Positions 27,915 through 37,898 of a stretch of DNA of 64,000 nucleotides are shown here, piece after piece (position 1 is the stretch's first letter; every line of letters begins with the position of its first letter). The notes beneath the pieces are model-generated. The model saw nothing but the letters and a program-made list of their open reading frames with translations. It searched no databases and had not been told where the DNA came from. The position numbers and the translations under genes were made by a program. Origin of the DNA: Verrucomicrobiaceae bacterium (GTDB lineage: Bacteria > Verrucomicrobiota > Verrucomicrobiia > Verrucomicrobiales > Akkermansiaceae); NCBI GenBank assembly GCA_051252135.1, contig JBPOGH010000001.1, forward strand, positions 32,001 through 96,000. Direction: 5' to 3'.

Positions 27915-29117
27915 ATGTCCGACGATTTTCATCAGCGCATTTCCCGAGCCCTTGATCATTTTGAAATCGAGTTGCCGTCGTGGGGTTTCGCTGATACCGG
28001 CACTCGTTTTGGGAAATTTATGCAGGATGGGGCTGCGATTGATCTGGGAGACAAGCTGTCGGATGCGGGTGAGGTGAACAAGTTGACCGGGTGCTGTCCG
28101 CAGGTGGCGACGCATGCGTTGTGGGATTTTCAAGAAGGGCAGGATTCGGCGGAAATTGTGGAATTGGCCAAGAGTCATGGAGTGCGTTTGGGATCGATGA
28201 ACCCCAATCTTTTTCAAGATCAACAGTATAAGCTGGGAAGTCTTTGCAACGCTGATGCGGAGATTCGGAAGCAGGCATCGGATCATGTGATCGACTCGAT
28301 CAAGAGGGGGCAGGAAGTGGGCAGTCGTGCGGTCTCGCTCTGGTTGGCGGACGGGACGAACTATCCGGGACAAGACTCGATCCGTGATCGCAAGAGACGC
28401 CTCGAGAATGCGTTGGGTGAGTTCCACAAGCATCTTGCGGAGGATCAATTGTTCCTGGTGGAGTATAAGCCCTTCGAGCCGGCCTTTTACCATACTGACA
28501 TTGCGGATTGGGGGATGTCCTACATTTACGCGAAGAAGATGGGGCCACAGGCGAAGGTGTTGGTTGATACGGGCCATCATTATCAGGCGCAGAATATCGA
28601 GCAGATTGTGGCCTGGCTTCTGGATGAGGACATGCTGGGAGGGTTCCACTTCAACGACCGGCGTTATGCGGACGATGATTTGACTCTGGGCTCGATTGAT
28701 CCGTATCAGATTTTTCGGATTTTCAGCGAGATTCATGGCTTTGCGGCATCACAAGGCGGCAAGTATCCCTCGGTGGAGTATATGGTGGATCAGTCGCACA
28801 ACCTGAAGCCCAAGATGGAAGCGATGATCGAGACGGTGACGGCGGCGCAGGAGCTTTATGTCAAGGCGTCGCTGGTGGATCACGATCAACTTTCGCGTCA
28901 TCAGGAGCGGGGTGAGATCGTGGATGCCGAACGTATTCTCAAGAAGGCCTTTGGGACGGATGTCACCGGAGCGATTGGCGAGTGGCGTCGCGGACGAGGA
29001 CTTGCGGAGGACCCGTTGACGGCCTTCCGCGAGAGCGGATACCTCGACGATATTTCCAGGGAGCGAGCATCCCGCCGCAAGGAGCTCGGGATCGTTTCCG
29101 GGGGCGGATATGCCTGA
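27915..29117 (+). CDS. rhaI: L-rhamnose isomerase (RhaI type)
   Basis: IELPSWGFADTGTRF, WLADGTNYPGQ, EYKPFEPAFYHTDIADWG, DTGHH, GGFHFND..YADDDL, DQSHN. Confidence 0.92.
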   Translation: MSDDFHQRISRALDHFEIELPSWGFADTGTRFGKFMQDGAAIDLGDKLSDAGEVNKLTGCCPQVATHALWDFQEGQDSAEIVELAKSHGVRLGSMNPNLFQDQQYKLGSLCNADAEIRKQASDHVIDSIKRGQEVGSRAVSLWLADGTNYPGQDSIRDRKRRLENALGEFHKHLAEDQLFLVEYKPFEPAFYHTDIADWGMSYIYAKKMGPQAKVLVDTGHHYQAQNIEQIVAWLLDEDMLGGFHFNDRRYADDDLTLGSIDPYQIFRIFSEIHGFAASQGGKYPSVEYMVDQSHNLKPKMEAMIETVTAAQELYVKASLVDHDQLSRHQERGEIVDAERILKKAFGTDVTGAIGEWRRGRGLAEDPLTAFRESGYLDDISRERASRRKELGIVSGGGYA

Positions 29118-29156
29118 TTCGAATTTTTCAATTACCAATTTCAACACACCTTTTTT

Positions 29157-31349
29157 ATGTCCTTTTCACCAACTGAATACAGACACGTCAACTATGGCTG
29201 GGATGATGCCCAGGTAGCAGGGATGAGCGCCGTTGAGCGTCTTGCCTATCGTTCCAATATCCTGGGTGCCGATCAGCGCATCACGAACACCGGAGGAGGA
29301 AACACCTCTTCCAAAGCGAATGAAACCGATCCTCTCAGCGGGGAAGAAGTTGAGATTCTTTGGGTGAAGGGATCGGGTGGAGATCTTCGGACGTCCACGG
29401 TAGAGAACTTTTCGTCCCTCTATCAGGACAAGCTGATTGCCTTGCAGAAGATTTACAACGAGACGACTCCGAATGGAGTGAAGACACAGATCGAAGACGA
29501 CATGGTGGGGATGTATCGTCACACGACCTTCAATCTGAATCCACGGGCTTCATCGATTGATACGCCGTTGCACTCCTTCATTCCTTACAAGCATGTCGAC
29601 CACATGCACCCGAACTCCTTCATCGCTCTGTGCGCGACGAAGAACTCGGAAGCGATCACGAAGGAGATTTTTGGTGACGAGATTGTCTACACTTCCTGGC
29701 AGCGTCCGGGATTTGATTTGGGACTTCTTTTCCAGAAAGTCTGTGAGGAGAATCCCAATGCCAAGGGAATCAACATGGGGCAGCACGGGCTGATTAACTG
29801 GGCGAACGACGACAAGGAGTGTTACGAGCTGACACTTGAGTTGATCGAGCGTGCAGGCCGCTACATCGAAGAGCGTGACAAGGGGGCGGACACCTTTGAA
29901 GGTCAGAAGTTCGGCAAGCTGGGCGAAGAGCAGCAGAAGGAACTTGTGAGCGAGATTGTCCCGTGGCTTCGCGGTCAGGTGAGTCAGCAGAATCGCTTTG
30001 TGGCGACGATCGAAACGACCGATGCGGTTCTTGAATTTGTGAACAGCAACGCGGCTCCACGTCTTGCCGAGCTGGGGACGTCCTGCCCGGATCACTTCCT
30101 GCGGACGAAGATCAAGCCGCTTTATGTTGATTGGAATCCTGAGACCGAGGGGCTTGATGTTCTGCGGACGAAGCTGACGGCCGGTCTTGAGAAGTATCGT
30201 GCGGATTACGCAAGTTACTACGAGGCGAACAAGGAGACGCATTCGCCAGCGATGCGCGATCCGAATCCGACGGTGGTGTTGATCCCGGGTATCGGGATGG
30301 TGGCTTTTGGTAAGAACAAGAGTGAGTCACGGGTGACGGCTGAGTTTTACAACTGTGCGATCTCGGTGATGCGTGGTGCGGAAGCGATCGACGAATACAT
30401 CGGCCTTCCCCAGAAAGAGGCTTTTGATATCGAATACTGGGCTCTTGAAGAAGCCAAGTTGCAGCGGATGCCACCTGAGCGCGAGTTTGCGCGTAAAGTG
30501 GTGATCGTGGTGGGCGCCGGAAGTGGAATCGGCAAGGAAATGGCAAATCTTATGATTGATCAGGGGGCGCACGTGGTGTGTGCCGATCTGAATCAGGAGA
30601 GCGCACAAGCAACTGCTGACGAGCTGATCGCGAAAGTGGGTCAGGGAATCGGAGTGGCTGGCACGGGGATTTCGGGTTGTGGAAACGCAATTGGCTTGGC
30701 TTGTAACGTGACCGACCGTGAGTCGATCAAGGCGATGCTTGCGGAGGTTGTTTATGCTTACGGTGGTTTCGACCACATCGCGGTGACGGCGGGAATCTTT
30801 GTTCCACCCGATCGCACGGGTCACATCCCTGACGACAAGTGGGGGCTGACTTTTGGAATCAACGTGGCCGGGCCGTATTTTGTGGCTGATGAGGCTGCCA
30901 AGATTTGGAACGAGCAGGGACTCCGAGGTTCGATGGTTGTGACGACCAGTGCGAATGCGGTGGTCTCCAAGAAGGGAAGTGTTGCCTACGACACCTCGAA
31001 GGCGGCGGCGAACCATTTGCTGCGTGAGCTTGCGATAGAGCTTTCTCCGCTTGTTCGGGTGAACGGAGTGGCGCCCGCTACCGTGGTGGCCGGAAGTGCG
31101 ATGTTCCCCCGTGATCGGGTGATCGCTTCGCTGACGAAATATGACATCGCGTTTAGCGATGATGAGGAAACGGAAGATCTTCGCGACAAGCTTGCGCAGT
31201 TTTACGCGGACCGGACCTTGACGAAGGCACCGATCACCCCGCGTGATCAGGCCAACGGAATTCTGTTTATGTTGAGCGAAGCCTCATCGAAAACGACCGG
31301 ACAGATTCTGGCAGTTGACGGCGGTCTCCATGAAGCGTTCCTTCGTTAG
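29157..31349 (+). CDS. Bifunctional rhamnulose-1-phosphate aldolase / short-chain (lactaldehyde) dehydrogenase, RhaEW type
   Basis: GGGNTSSK, VKGSGGDL, SIDTPLH..HVDHMHP, CPDHFLRTK; SDR domain GAGSGIG, YDTSK. Confidence 0.93.
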   Translation: MSFSPTEYRHVNYGWDDAQVAGMSAVERLAYRSNILGADQRITNTGGGNTSSKANETDPLSGEEVEILWVKGSGGDLRTSTVENFSSLYQDKLIALQKIYNETTPNGVKTQIEDDMVGMYRHTTFNLNPRASSIDTPLHSFIPYKHVDHMHPNSFIALCATKNSEAITKEIFGDEIVYTSWQRPGFDLGLLFQKVCEENPNAKGINMGQHGLINWANDDKECYELTLELIERAGRYIEERDKGADTFEGQKFGKLGEEQQKELVSEIVPWLRGQVSQQNRFVATIETTDAVLEFVNSNAAPRLAELGTSCPDHFLRTKIKPLYVDWNPETEGLDVLRTKLTAGLEKYRADYASYYEANKETHSPAMRDPNPTVVLIPGIGMVAFGKNKSESRVTAEFYNCAISVMRGAEAIDEYIGLPQKEAFDIEYWALEEAKLQRMPPEREFARKVVIVVGAGSGIGKEMANLMIDQGAHVVCADLNQESAQATADELIAKVGQGIGVAGTGISGCGNAIGLACNVTDRESIKAMLAEVVYAYGGFDHIAVTAGIFVPPDRTGHIPDDKWGLTFGINVAGPYFVADEAAKIWNEQGLRGSMVVTTSANAVVSKKGSVAYDTSKAAANHLLRELAIELSPLVRVNGVAPATVVAGSAMFPRDRVIASLTKYDIAFSDDEETEDLRDKLAQFYADRTLTKAPITPRDQANGILFMLSEASSKTTGQILAVDGGLHEAFLR

Positions 31350-31361
31350 TATTCACCAACG

Positions 31362-32846
31362 ATGAAAACCGACGTTCTCCTTATTGGTTCCGGAATCATG
31401 TCCTCGACTCTCGGGGTCATGCTCAAGGAGCTGCAGCCGGGCCTCTCGATTCAATTGATCGAAGTGACCGACAAGCCTGCGCAGGAGGCGTCGAATGGCT
31501 GGAACAACGCGGGCACCGGGCATGCCGGAATCTGCGAGCTTTCCTACACTCCTCATCAGGAGGCGGATGGGAGTGTCAATGTTTCCAAGGCGATCTCGGT
31601 GTTTGAGGATTTTGAGCATTCGCTTCAGTTCTGGGCGCATGCCGCACGCAAAGGGATTATCAAGGATACGAGGGAGTGCGTGAATCCGCTTCCGCACATC
31701 TCACTTGTTCACACCGAAGAGCAGTTGCCTTACCTGAAGGCGCGCTTCGAGGGGTTGAAGGGGCATCATTTCTTTGAGCCCATGAAGCACTCGACGGACC
31801 GGGATGAGATCAAGTCCTGGGCTCCGCTTTTGGTGGAGGGGCGTGATCCCGATCAGCCGATTGCGGCGACCTTCATGGACGGAGGGACTGATGTGAACTT
31901 CGGCGAGATTTCCCGAAATTTCTGTGAGTGGCTGGATCAGCAAGAGGGCTGTGAGGCTCACTTCGGTCATCGGGTTGTTGATCTCAACAAGAAGGGCAAG
32001 GGCTGGTTGGTGACCGTTCGTGAAGAAGCGACCGGTGAGAAACGCCAGATTGAAGCCGGCTTTGTCTTTATTGGAGCCGGTGGTGGGTCACTTCCGTTGC
32101 TCCAGAAATCGGGTATTCCGGAAGTGAAAGGCTATGGCGGTTTCCCGATTGGTGGCCAGTGGATGATTACGAGGAATCCGGAAGTGGTGGCAAAGCACAC
32201 CGCCAAGGTTTACGGGCAGGCTTTGGGAGCGGCGCCGACGATGGCAGTTCCTCATCTGGATACCCGGGTGATCGATGGCGAGCGTTACCTTTTGTTTGGG
32301 CCGTTCGCAGCGTGGACGGGGAAGTTCCTTCACAATGGGGGGAGTCATACCGATTTGCCGTTTTCGGTTCGGCCCAGCAATATTTTGTCGTTGATGCGGG
32401 TGGGTTTCCACAATGTGGATCTGGTGAAATATCTCGTGCAGCAGGGCATCCAGTCGAAGGCGTCGCGGATGGAGGAGCTTTACAATTTCTATCCGGACGC
32501 GAAGGAAGAGGATTGGGAGGTGATTGATGCGGGAATCCGGGTGCAGGCGATCAAGCAAGAGCCCGGAGAGGAGCCGGGAATCGTGCACTACGGCACGGAG
32601 GTCCTTACGAGCGCGGACAAGAGTATTTCGGCCCTTTTGGGGGCATCACCGGGAGCTTCGGTGTCGACCCAGGTGATGTTGGAGTGCATCCAGCGTTGCC
32701 TTCCAGACTTGCTGGAGTCTGACGAGGCGAAGGCGCGCATGAGTGAGATGATTCCCAATTGGGATGAGGACCTCAAAGAGGCTTCGGCAAGAGATCGCTA
32801 TCTTGATATTCACGGGAAGGCGATGGCCGACCTCAATCTTCTTTAG
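31362..32846 (+). CDS. mqo: Malate:quinone oxidoreductase family flavoprotein (substrate possibly L-lactate)
   Basis: IGSGIMS, SNGWNNAGTGHAGICELSYTP, GTDVNFG, FIGAGGGSLPLLQKSGIPE, PTMAVPHLDTR, LLGASPGAS. Confidence 0.88.
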   Translation: MKTDVLLIGSGIMSSTLGVMLKELQPGLSIQLIEVTDKPAQEASNGWNNAGTGHAGICELSYTPHQEADGSVNVSKAISVFEDFEHSLQFWAHAARKGIIKDTRECVNPLPHISLVHTEEQLPYLKARFEGLKGHHFFEPMKHSTDRDEIKSWAPLLVEGRDPDQPIAATFMDGGTDVNFGEISRNFCEWLDQQEGCEAHFGHRVVDLNKKGKGWLVTVREEATGEKRQIEAGFVFIGAGGGSLPLLQKSGIPEVKGYGGFPIGGQWMITRNPEVVAKHTAKVYGQALGAAPTMAVPHLDTRVIDGERYLLFGPFAAWTGKFLHNGGSHTDLPFSVRPSNILSLMRVGFHNVDLVKYLVQQGIQSKASRMEELYNFYPDAKEEDWEVIDAGIRVQAIKQEPGEEPGIVHYGTEVLTSADKSISALLGASPGASVSTQVMLECIQRCLPDLLESDEAKARMSEMIPNWDEDLKEASARDRYLDIHGKAMADLNLL

Positions 32847-32849
32847 AGC

Positions 32850-34337
32850 ATGCCTGATTCCAAGTCTGTCTATCTCGCTGTTGATCTGGGTGCCGGCAGT
32901 GGTCGGGTTATTGCCGGGGTGTTGCAAGGCGATAAGCTCAGCCTTGAGGAGATCAACCGTTTTGAGAACAAACCTTTTGAAAAGAATGGCGGGCTCTATT
33001 GGGATTTTGAGAGCTTGTGGGAGGGGATTATTGAGGGGCTGAAAAGGTCGGTGGAGACGTATTCCGCGGAGATGATCCGGTCAATCGGGGTGGATACCTG
33101 GGGGGTGGATTACGGCTTGCTCGACAAGGACGGGCAGCTTTTGGGAGGCCCCCGGCATTATCGGGATGAGCGGACGAGTGGGGCGATGGAGAAGGTGTTT
33201 TCGCAAGTGAGTGAGGCAGAGGTTTTTGAAGAGACGGGGCTTCAATTCATGGAGATCAACACCCTTTTCCAATTGGCGGTGGAGGCGAAGGACGGGGAAA
33301 GCCGGTTGAAAGACGCGGAGCAATTTTTACTGATACCGGACCTGATCAACCATCGCCTGACCGGTAAGGCGTATTGCGAGCGGACGAACGCGAGCACGAC
33401 GCAGTTCTACAATCCGGTCGAGAAGGATTGGTCGAAGAAGCTCTTTGGCGCGGTCGAGGTGCCGCTGGAAGTGACTCCGGAGCTCATCGCAGCCGGCGAG
33501 AGTCTGGGCGGAGTGCTTCCCGGGATTCGGGAGGCGACCGGAATTGGCGAAGCGACGGAGGTGGTGACGGTGGGAAGCCACGATACGGCTTCGGCGGTGG
33601 CGGCGGTGCCTGCGGACGCGGGAACGCGGTTTGCTTATTTGAGTTCGGGGACGTGGTCGCTGCTGGGTGTTGAGCTGGACAAGCCGGTGATGACGCCGTT
33701 GGTGCACGAATACAATTTCACGAACGAGGTGGGTGTTTTTGACACGATTCGTCTGCTGAAGAATATCAACGGATTGTGGCTGGTGCAGGAATGCCGGCGA
33801 ATCTGGAATGAGCAGGGGCGGGATTTGAGCTACGCGGATTTGGCAGGGATGTCGCGTGAAGTGGAGCCGTTGACTTCATTTGTGGATCCTGACAGCGAGC
33901 GCTTTGGGCGACGGGCGAACATGCCGCAGATGATTCGTGATTTTTGCCGGGAGACCGGTCAGCACGTGCCGGATGGTCCGGCTGAGATTGTGCGGCTGAT
34001 TGCGGACAGCTTGGCGATGAAGGTGCGATTTACGCTGGGTCGGCTTGAAGAGCTGATCGGGCATCAGGTGGAGATTCTCCACATCATTGGAGGAGGGGGG
34101 CAGGACGAGATGCTCAACCAAAGCATCGCCAACAGCATCAATCGCCCGGTGGTGGTGGGGCCTTACGAGGCGACGGCGGCGGGGAATCTGATGATGCAAA
34201 TGGTGGCGTGCGGGGAGCTTTCGACCTTCGAGGAGGGACGGGCGATGATCCGGGATTCCTTTGAGACGAAACGGTTTGAGCCCGAAGCTCCTGAGAAGTG
34301 GGATGAGGCCTATGAGCGGTTCAAGGGGCTGCTCTGA
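32850..34337 (+). CDS. rhaB: Rhamnulokinase
   Basis: LAVDLGAGSGR, SIGVDTWGVDYGLLD, HDTASAV, SSGTWSLLGVE, FTNEVG, EATAAGN. Confidence 0.93.
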   Translation: MPDSKSVYLAVDLGAGSGRVIAGVLQGDKLSLEEINRFENKPFEKNGGLYWDFESLWEGIIEGLKRSVETYSAEMIRSIGVDTWGVDYGLLDKDGQLLGGPRHYRDERTSGAMEKVFSQVSEAEVFEETGLQFMEINTLFQLAVEAKDGESRLKDAEQFLLIPDLINHRLTGKAYCERTNASTTQFYNPVEKDWSKKLFGAVEVPLEVTPELIAAGESLGGVLPGIREATGIGEATEVVTVGSHDTASAVAAVPADAGTRFAYLSSGTWSLLGVELDKPVMTPLVHEYNFTNEVGVFDTIRLLKNINGLWLVQECRRIWNEQGRDLSYADLAGMSREVEPLTSFVDPDSERFGRRANMPQMIRDFCRETGQHVPDGPAEIVRLIADSLAMKVRFTLGRLEELIGHQVEILHIIGGGGQDEMLNQSIANSINRPVVVGPYEATAAGNLMMQMVACGELSTFEEGRAMIRDSFETKRFEPEAPEKWDEAYERFKGLL

Positions 34338-34376
34338 TGGGGTGGGGCTGTGAGGGGTGACTGTTTGCTTCGCAAC

Positions 34377-35951
34377 CTAGCCCGGAAGCATCATGCTGCG
34401 GATGGCGTAGAACAGGAGAGCGGCCATGATTCCCGAAGCGGGGACCGTGATGACCCAGGCGGCAGCGATTTTGAGCAGTGCTGAACGCTTCACCAATTCC
34501 TGCCGGTAGACCTTCTTAAGTCCTTTGCGTTCGCGCTTGGTGAATTCCACCTTGGTGGTGTGCTCTTTGACTTGGGCGAGCATCTGACGTTTGTCTTTGA
34601 TCGATCCGTTTTTGAATTTTGTCATAAACGCTTCCACTTCGGCATGATTTTTTCCGGAGTGATGTTGTTCAATTTCATCAATGGTCTTTGCGTAGCTGGC
34701 CTTGAGAAACTCCCGTAGGAATCCGACTCCAAAGACTCCGCCCACGGCGATATGGGTTGAGCTTACCGGCAAGCCGAGTTGGGAGGCGATGATGACGGTG
34801 ATTGCGGCTGCCATTGCGATGCAAAACGCTCTCATCTGGTCGAGTTCGGTGATCTCACTTCCGACGGTGCGGATCAACTTCGGACCAAAGAGGGCCAGCC
34901 CGAGGACAATTCCCAATGCACCGATGGCCATGACCCAGAAGGGGATGGGAGCTTTGGAGGCGACCCCGTGGCTGGTGATAGTGTCGGCGATTGCGGCAAG
35001 CGGACCGACGGCGTTGGCGACATCATTGGCCCCATGGGCAAAACTCAATAAGGCGGCGGCAAATATCAGGGGCAGGGTGAAGAGGCGGTTGATGCTCTTT
35101 TTTTCGTTGTCCATTGAGGCCGAGTGTTTTCGGGTCAGTGACTTCGCCATGAAATAGGTGAACACGGCTAGGGTCAGTCCAATTCCGGAGGCCGTAAGAA
35201 TGTCCACTTTGACGATTTGCTTGAGCCCCTTCATGATCAGGTAGGTGCTGAAGGCGAGAACCATGATAGCGACGAGGATGGGCAAGATCCGTTGAGCCGC
35301 GGTGATCATGTCTTCCTTGTAGGTGATGCTGTGCTTGATCCAGTAGAGGAAGGCGGCGGCGATGATACCTCCGATGACCGGAGAAATGACCCAACTGGCA
35401 GCGATGAGCTTCATCTGATCCCAATTGGCGATTCCAAATCCTCCCGCAGCGATGCCTGCGCCGAGAACGCCTCCGACGATGGCATGGGTGGTGGAAACCG
35501 GGGCTCCGAGGGCGGTGGCGATATTCAGCCAAAGCGCCCCGGCCAGCAGGGCTGCCATCATGAGCCAGATGAAGACATCGGCATTTGGAATGAGGGACGG
35601 ATCGATGATTCCTTTTTTGATGGTGCTGACGACACCTCCTCCGGCAATGAGTGCTCCCGCTGCTTCGAAGATGGCGGCAATAATGATCGCTCCGGTCAGG
35701 CTTAGGGCTTTGGAGCCGACGGCGGGACCGACGTTGTTGGCGACATCATTGGCCCCGATATTCATGGCCATGTAGCCACCGATCATGGCGGCGATTACCA
35801 GTTCGATGCTGACCGGTTGACCATCCGGGCGAATGCTCGAAGAGAATAACATGATACCGACGATGAAAAGTAGGGCGGAGCCGATGCGGAACATTTCCTT
35901 GCGCCCGAATGCGGTGGCTTTTTCCAATTTTTGAATATTTTCGATCTCCAT
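34377..35951 (-). CDS. Inorganic phosphate transporter, PiT family
   Basis: Duplicated GANDVAN signature and PVSTTH/PVSSTH motifs. Confidence 0.95.
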   Translation of the reverse strand: MEIENIQKLEKATAFGRKEMFRIGSALLFIVGIMLFSSSIRPDGQPVSIELVIAAMIGGYMAMNIGANDVANNVGPAVGSKALSLTGAIIIAAIFEAAGALIAGGGVVSTIKKGIIDPSLIPNADVFIWLMMAALLAGALWLNIATALGAPVSTTHAIVGGVLGAGIAAGGFGIANWDQMKLIAASWVISPVIGGIIAAAFLYWIKHSITYKEDMITAAQRILPILVAIMVLAFSTYLIMKGLKQIVKVDILTASGIGLTLAVFTYFMAKSLTRKHSASMDNEKKSINRLFTLPLIFAAALLSFAHGANDVANAVGPLAAIADTITSHGVASKAPIPFWVMAIGALGIVLGLALFGPKLIRTVGSEITELDQMRAFCIAMAAAITVIIASQLGLPVSSTHIAVGGVFGVGFLREFLKASYAKTIDEIEQHHSGKNHAEVEAFMTKFKNGSIKDKRQMLAQVKEHTTKVEFTKRERKGLKKVYRQELVKRSALLKIAAAWVITVPASGIMAALLFYAIRSMMLPG

Positions 35952-36431
35952 GGTTTGAATGATGCGGTCTGCCGGTAGGAAGTGTTAGGGGCTCGAGAGA
36001 GCGGTTAGTGGTTGAAGTAGATCAGGAAGTGATTGAGCGGTTCACTTCCCGGGCAATTTGGGTCTGGCTGACGCAGAACGATTTTCTACCCCCAACCCAC
36101 CCTTGTAGGCATCAGATTCAGCGGTGTCCAAAGTGAAATCAGGGGTCAGGCGATTAGTCGGGGAGTGAAAGGGAATGGCTGGTGCATGAGGGTGGACCCG
36201 TGATTGCGCCGGAGGGCTCCACGATCGCGATCGCAGCAGGAGATGAGAGGGTCGATGGAATCATGGTGGTGAGGCCGGTTGATCGGTGCAGAGCCCGGAA
36301 TCGGCCGAAAACCAATTTGTATCCAAGGTGTTTTGAGCGATTGGAGGAGCGGGTTGGGAGGTGGAAAAAGGGGGATGATCGCGCTGGCGGTGAGGGAAGA
36401 GGTGGGGTAGGTTCCGGCACTTCGACTTTCT

Positions 36432-37856
36432 ATGGCTGATTTTTTCTATTCCGCGCTGCTGATCTTCATTGTGGTCATGCTTTTCAACGTGATCATTTTC
36501 GTTCACGAGCTGGGTCATTTCCTTGCTGCCAAATGGCGTGGGGTGAAGGTGGATCGTTTTCAGGTGTGGTTTGGAAAGCCGATTTGGAAGAAGGAGATCA
36601 ACGGGGTGCAGTATGGCTTGGGTTGGTTGCCTTTTGGTGGATTTGTGGCCTTGCCGCAGATGGCGCCGATGGAGTCGATTGAGGGTGGAAATCGTGATGA
36701 GGAGGAACTTCCGAAGATTTCGCCGCTGGATAAAATCATTGTGGCCTTTGCGGGGCCACTTTTCAGCATTCTGCTGGCTCTTACGGGAGCGCTGTTGGTG
36801 TGGACCGTAGGGAAGCCGCTTGATGCGATTGAGACCACGGTGGTGGGCGGGGTGGTGCCTGATGGTCCTGCCGATAAGGCGGGGATTCAGGCGGGGGATA
36901 AGATTCTCAAGGTGAATGGAGAGCCGGTGATTTGGTTTGCGGGTGATTTTGAGGCGATCCGTGAACGGATCATGCTGACCGAGGGCGACAGTGTGTCTTT
37001 TGAGATCGAGAGGGACGGGAAGGTGATCGACGTGGTTTCGGAATTTGAGATTGCCGAGACGTCATGGTTTCGGCGGCGCGGGCTTCCCAGTGTGGGGATG
37101 TCCGGGGCGGGTCCGGCGATTGTGGGTGGATTGATCAAGGGGGAGAATCAGAGTCCTGCGGAGCGTGCGGGCCTGAAGGTGGGTGATGAGGTGGTGGCGG
37201 TTGACGGGGTTGAGATTTTTGGAACGCTCCATGTGAGCCAGTTGCTGAAGGAGAATGAGTATCAGGAGAGTGTCTTTACGGTGAAGAGAGGCGATGAGAC
37301 GCTGGAAATGGCGGTGAAGCCGCTCCTGCCCATTGCGGAGAAGGGTAAGGGGTTTGATGAGCCCAAAGTGGGGATTTTGTGGGACCCGAAAGCGGGCCTG
37401 TCGACCCAGTTGACCTATCCGGCTCCCGTGAAGCAGATTGGGGACTCGATGAAGGCGATGTGGATCACGATCAAATCGGTGAGTTCGCCATCGTCGAACG
37501 TGGGGGTGGATCAGCTTGCGGGTCCGATCGGGATTGCGAAGACGAAGTTTCAGCTTCTGCAGACCGACCAAGGGTGGTTGCGGGTGTTGTGGTTCTTTGT
37601 CTTTTTCAATGTGAACCTGGCGATTCTCAACATGCTGCCGTTTCCGGTGCTTGATGGCGGGCACATTGTGATGGCGGTGGGCGAGATGGTGACGGGGAGG
37701 CCGGTGCAAGGTCGTATTTTGGAGGTGGTTCAGACCGGCTTCGCTCTGGTGCTGATTTCGTTCATGCTCTACATCACGACCAAGGATATCGGGGATAGTG
37801 TGCCGAACGGGGAAGAGGGGATTGGGACGATCAGGTGGCCTGAAGAAGGGGGTTAG
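36432..37856 (+). CDS. rseP: RIP zinc metalloprotease RseP
   Basis: HELGH, LPFGGFV, two PDZ domains, NMLPFPVLDGGH. Confidence 0.93.
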   Translation: MADFFYSALLIFIVVMLFNVIIFVHELGHFLAAKWRGVKVDRFQVWFGKPIWKKEINGVQYGLGWLPFGGFVALPQMAPMESIEGGNRDEEELPKISPLDKIIVAFAGPLFSILLALTGALLVWTVGKPLDAIETTVVGGVVPDGPADKAGIQAGDKILKVNGEPVIWFAGDFEAIRERIMLTEGDSVSFEIERDGKVIDVVSEFEIAETSWFRRRGLPSVGMSGAGPAIVGGLIKGENQSPAERAGLKVGDEVVAVDGVEIFGTLHVSQLLKENEYQESVFTVKRGDETLEMAVKPLLPIAEKGKGFDEPKVGILWDPKAGLSTQLTYPAPVKQIGDSMKAMWITIKSVSSPSSNVGVDQLAGPIGIAKTKFQLLQTDQGWLRVLWFFVFFNVNLAILNMLPFPVLDGGHIVMAVGEMVTGRPVQGRILEVVQTGFALVLISFMLYITTKDIGDSVPNGEEGIGTIRWPEEGG

Positions 37857-37898
37857 CTTGCACCGTGGGGAGTTGGTGGTTAGAACCAGAGTTATCAA

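Noticed and set aside
35952..36431. Small ORFs or ncRNA between PiT and rseP
   Set aside because: ORFs lack coding features; one hairpin (about 36025-36050) matches no motif I recognise, and no Pho box was evident.
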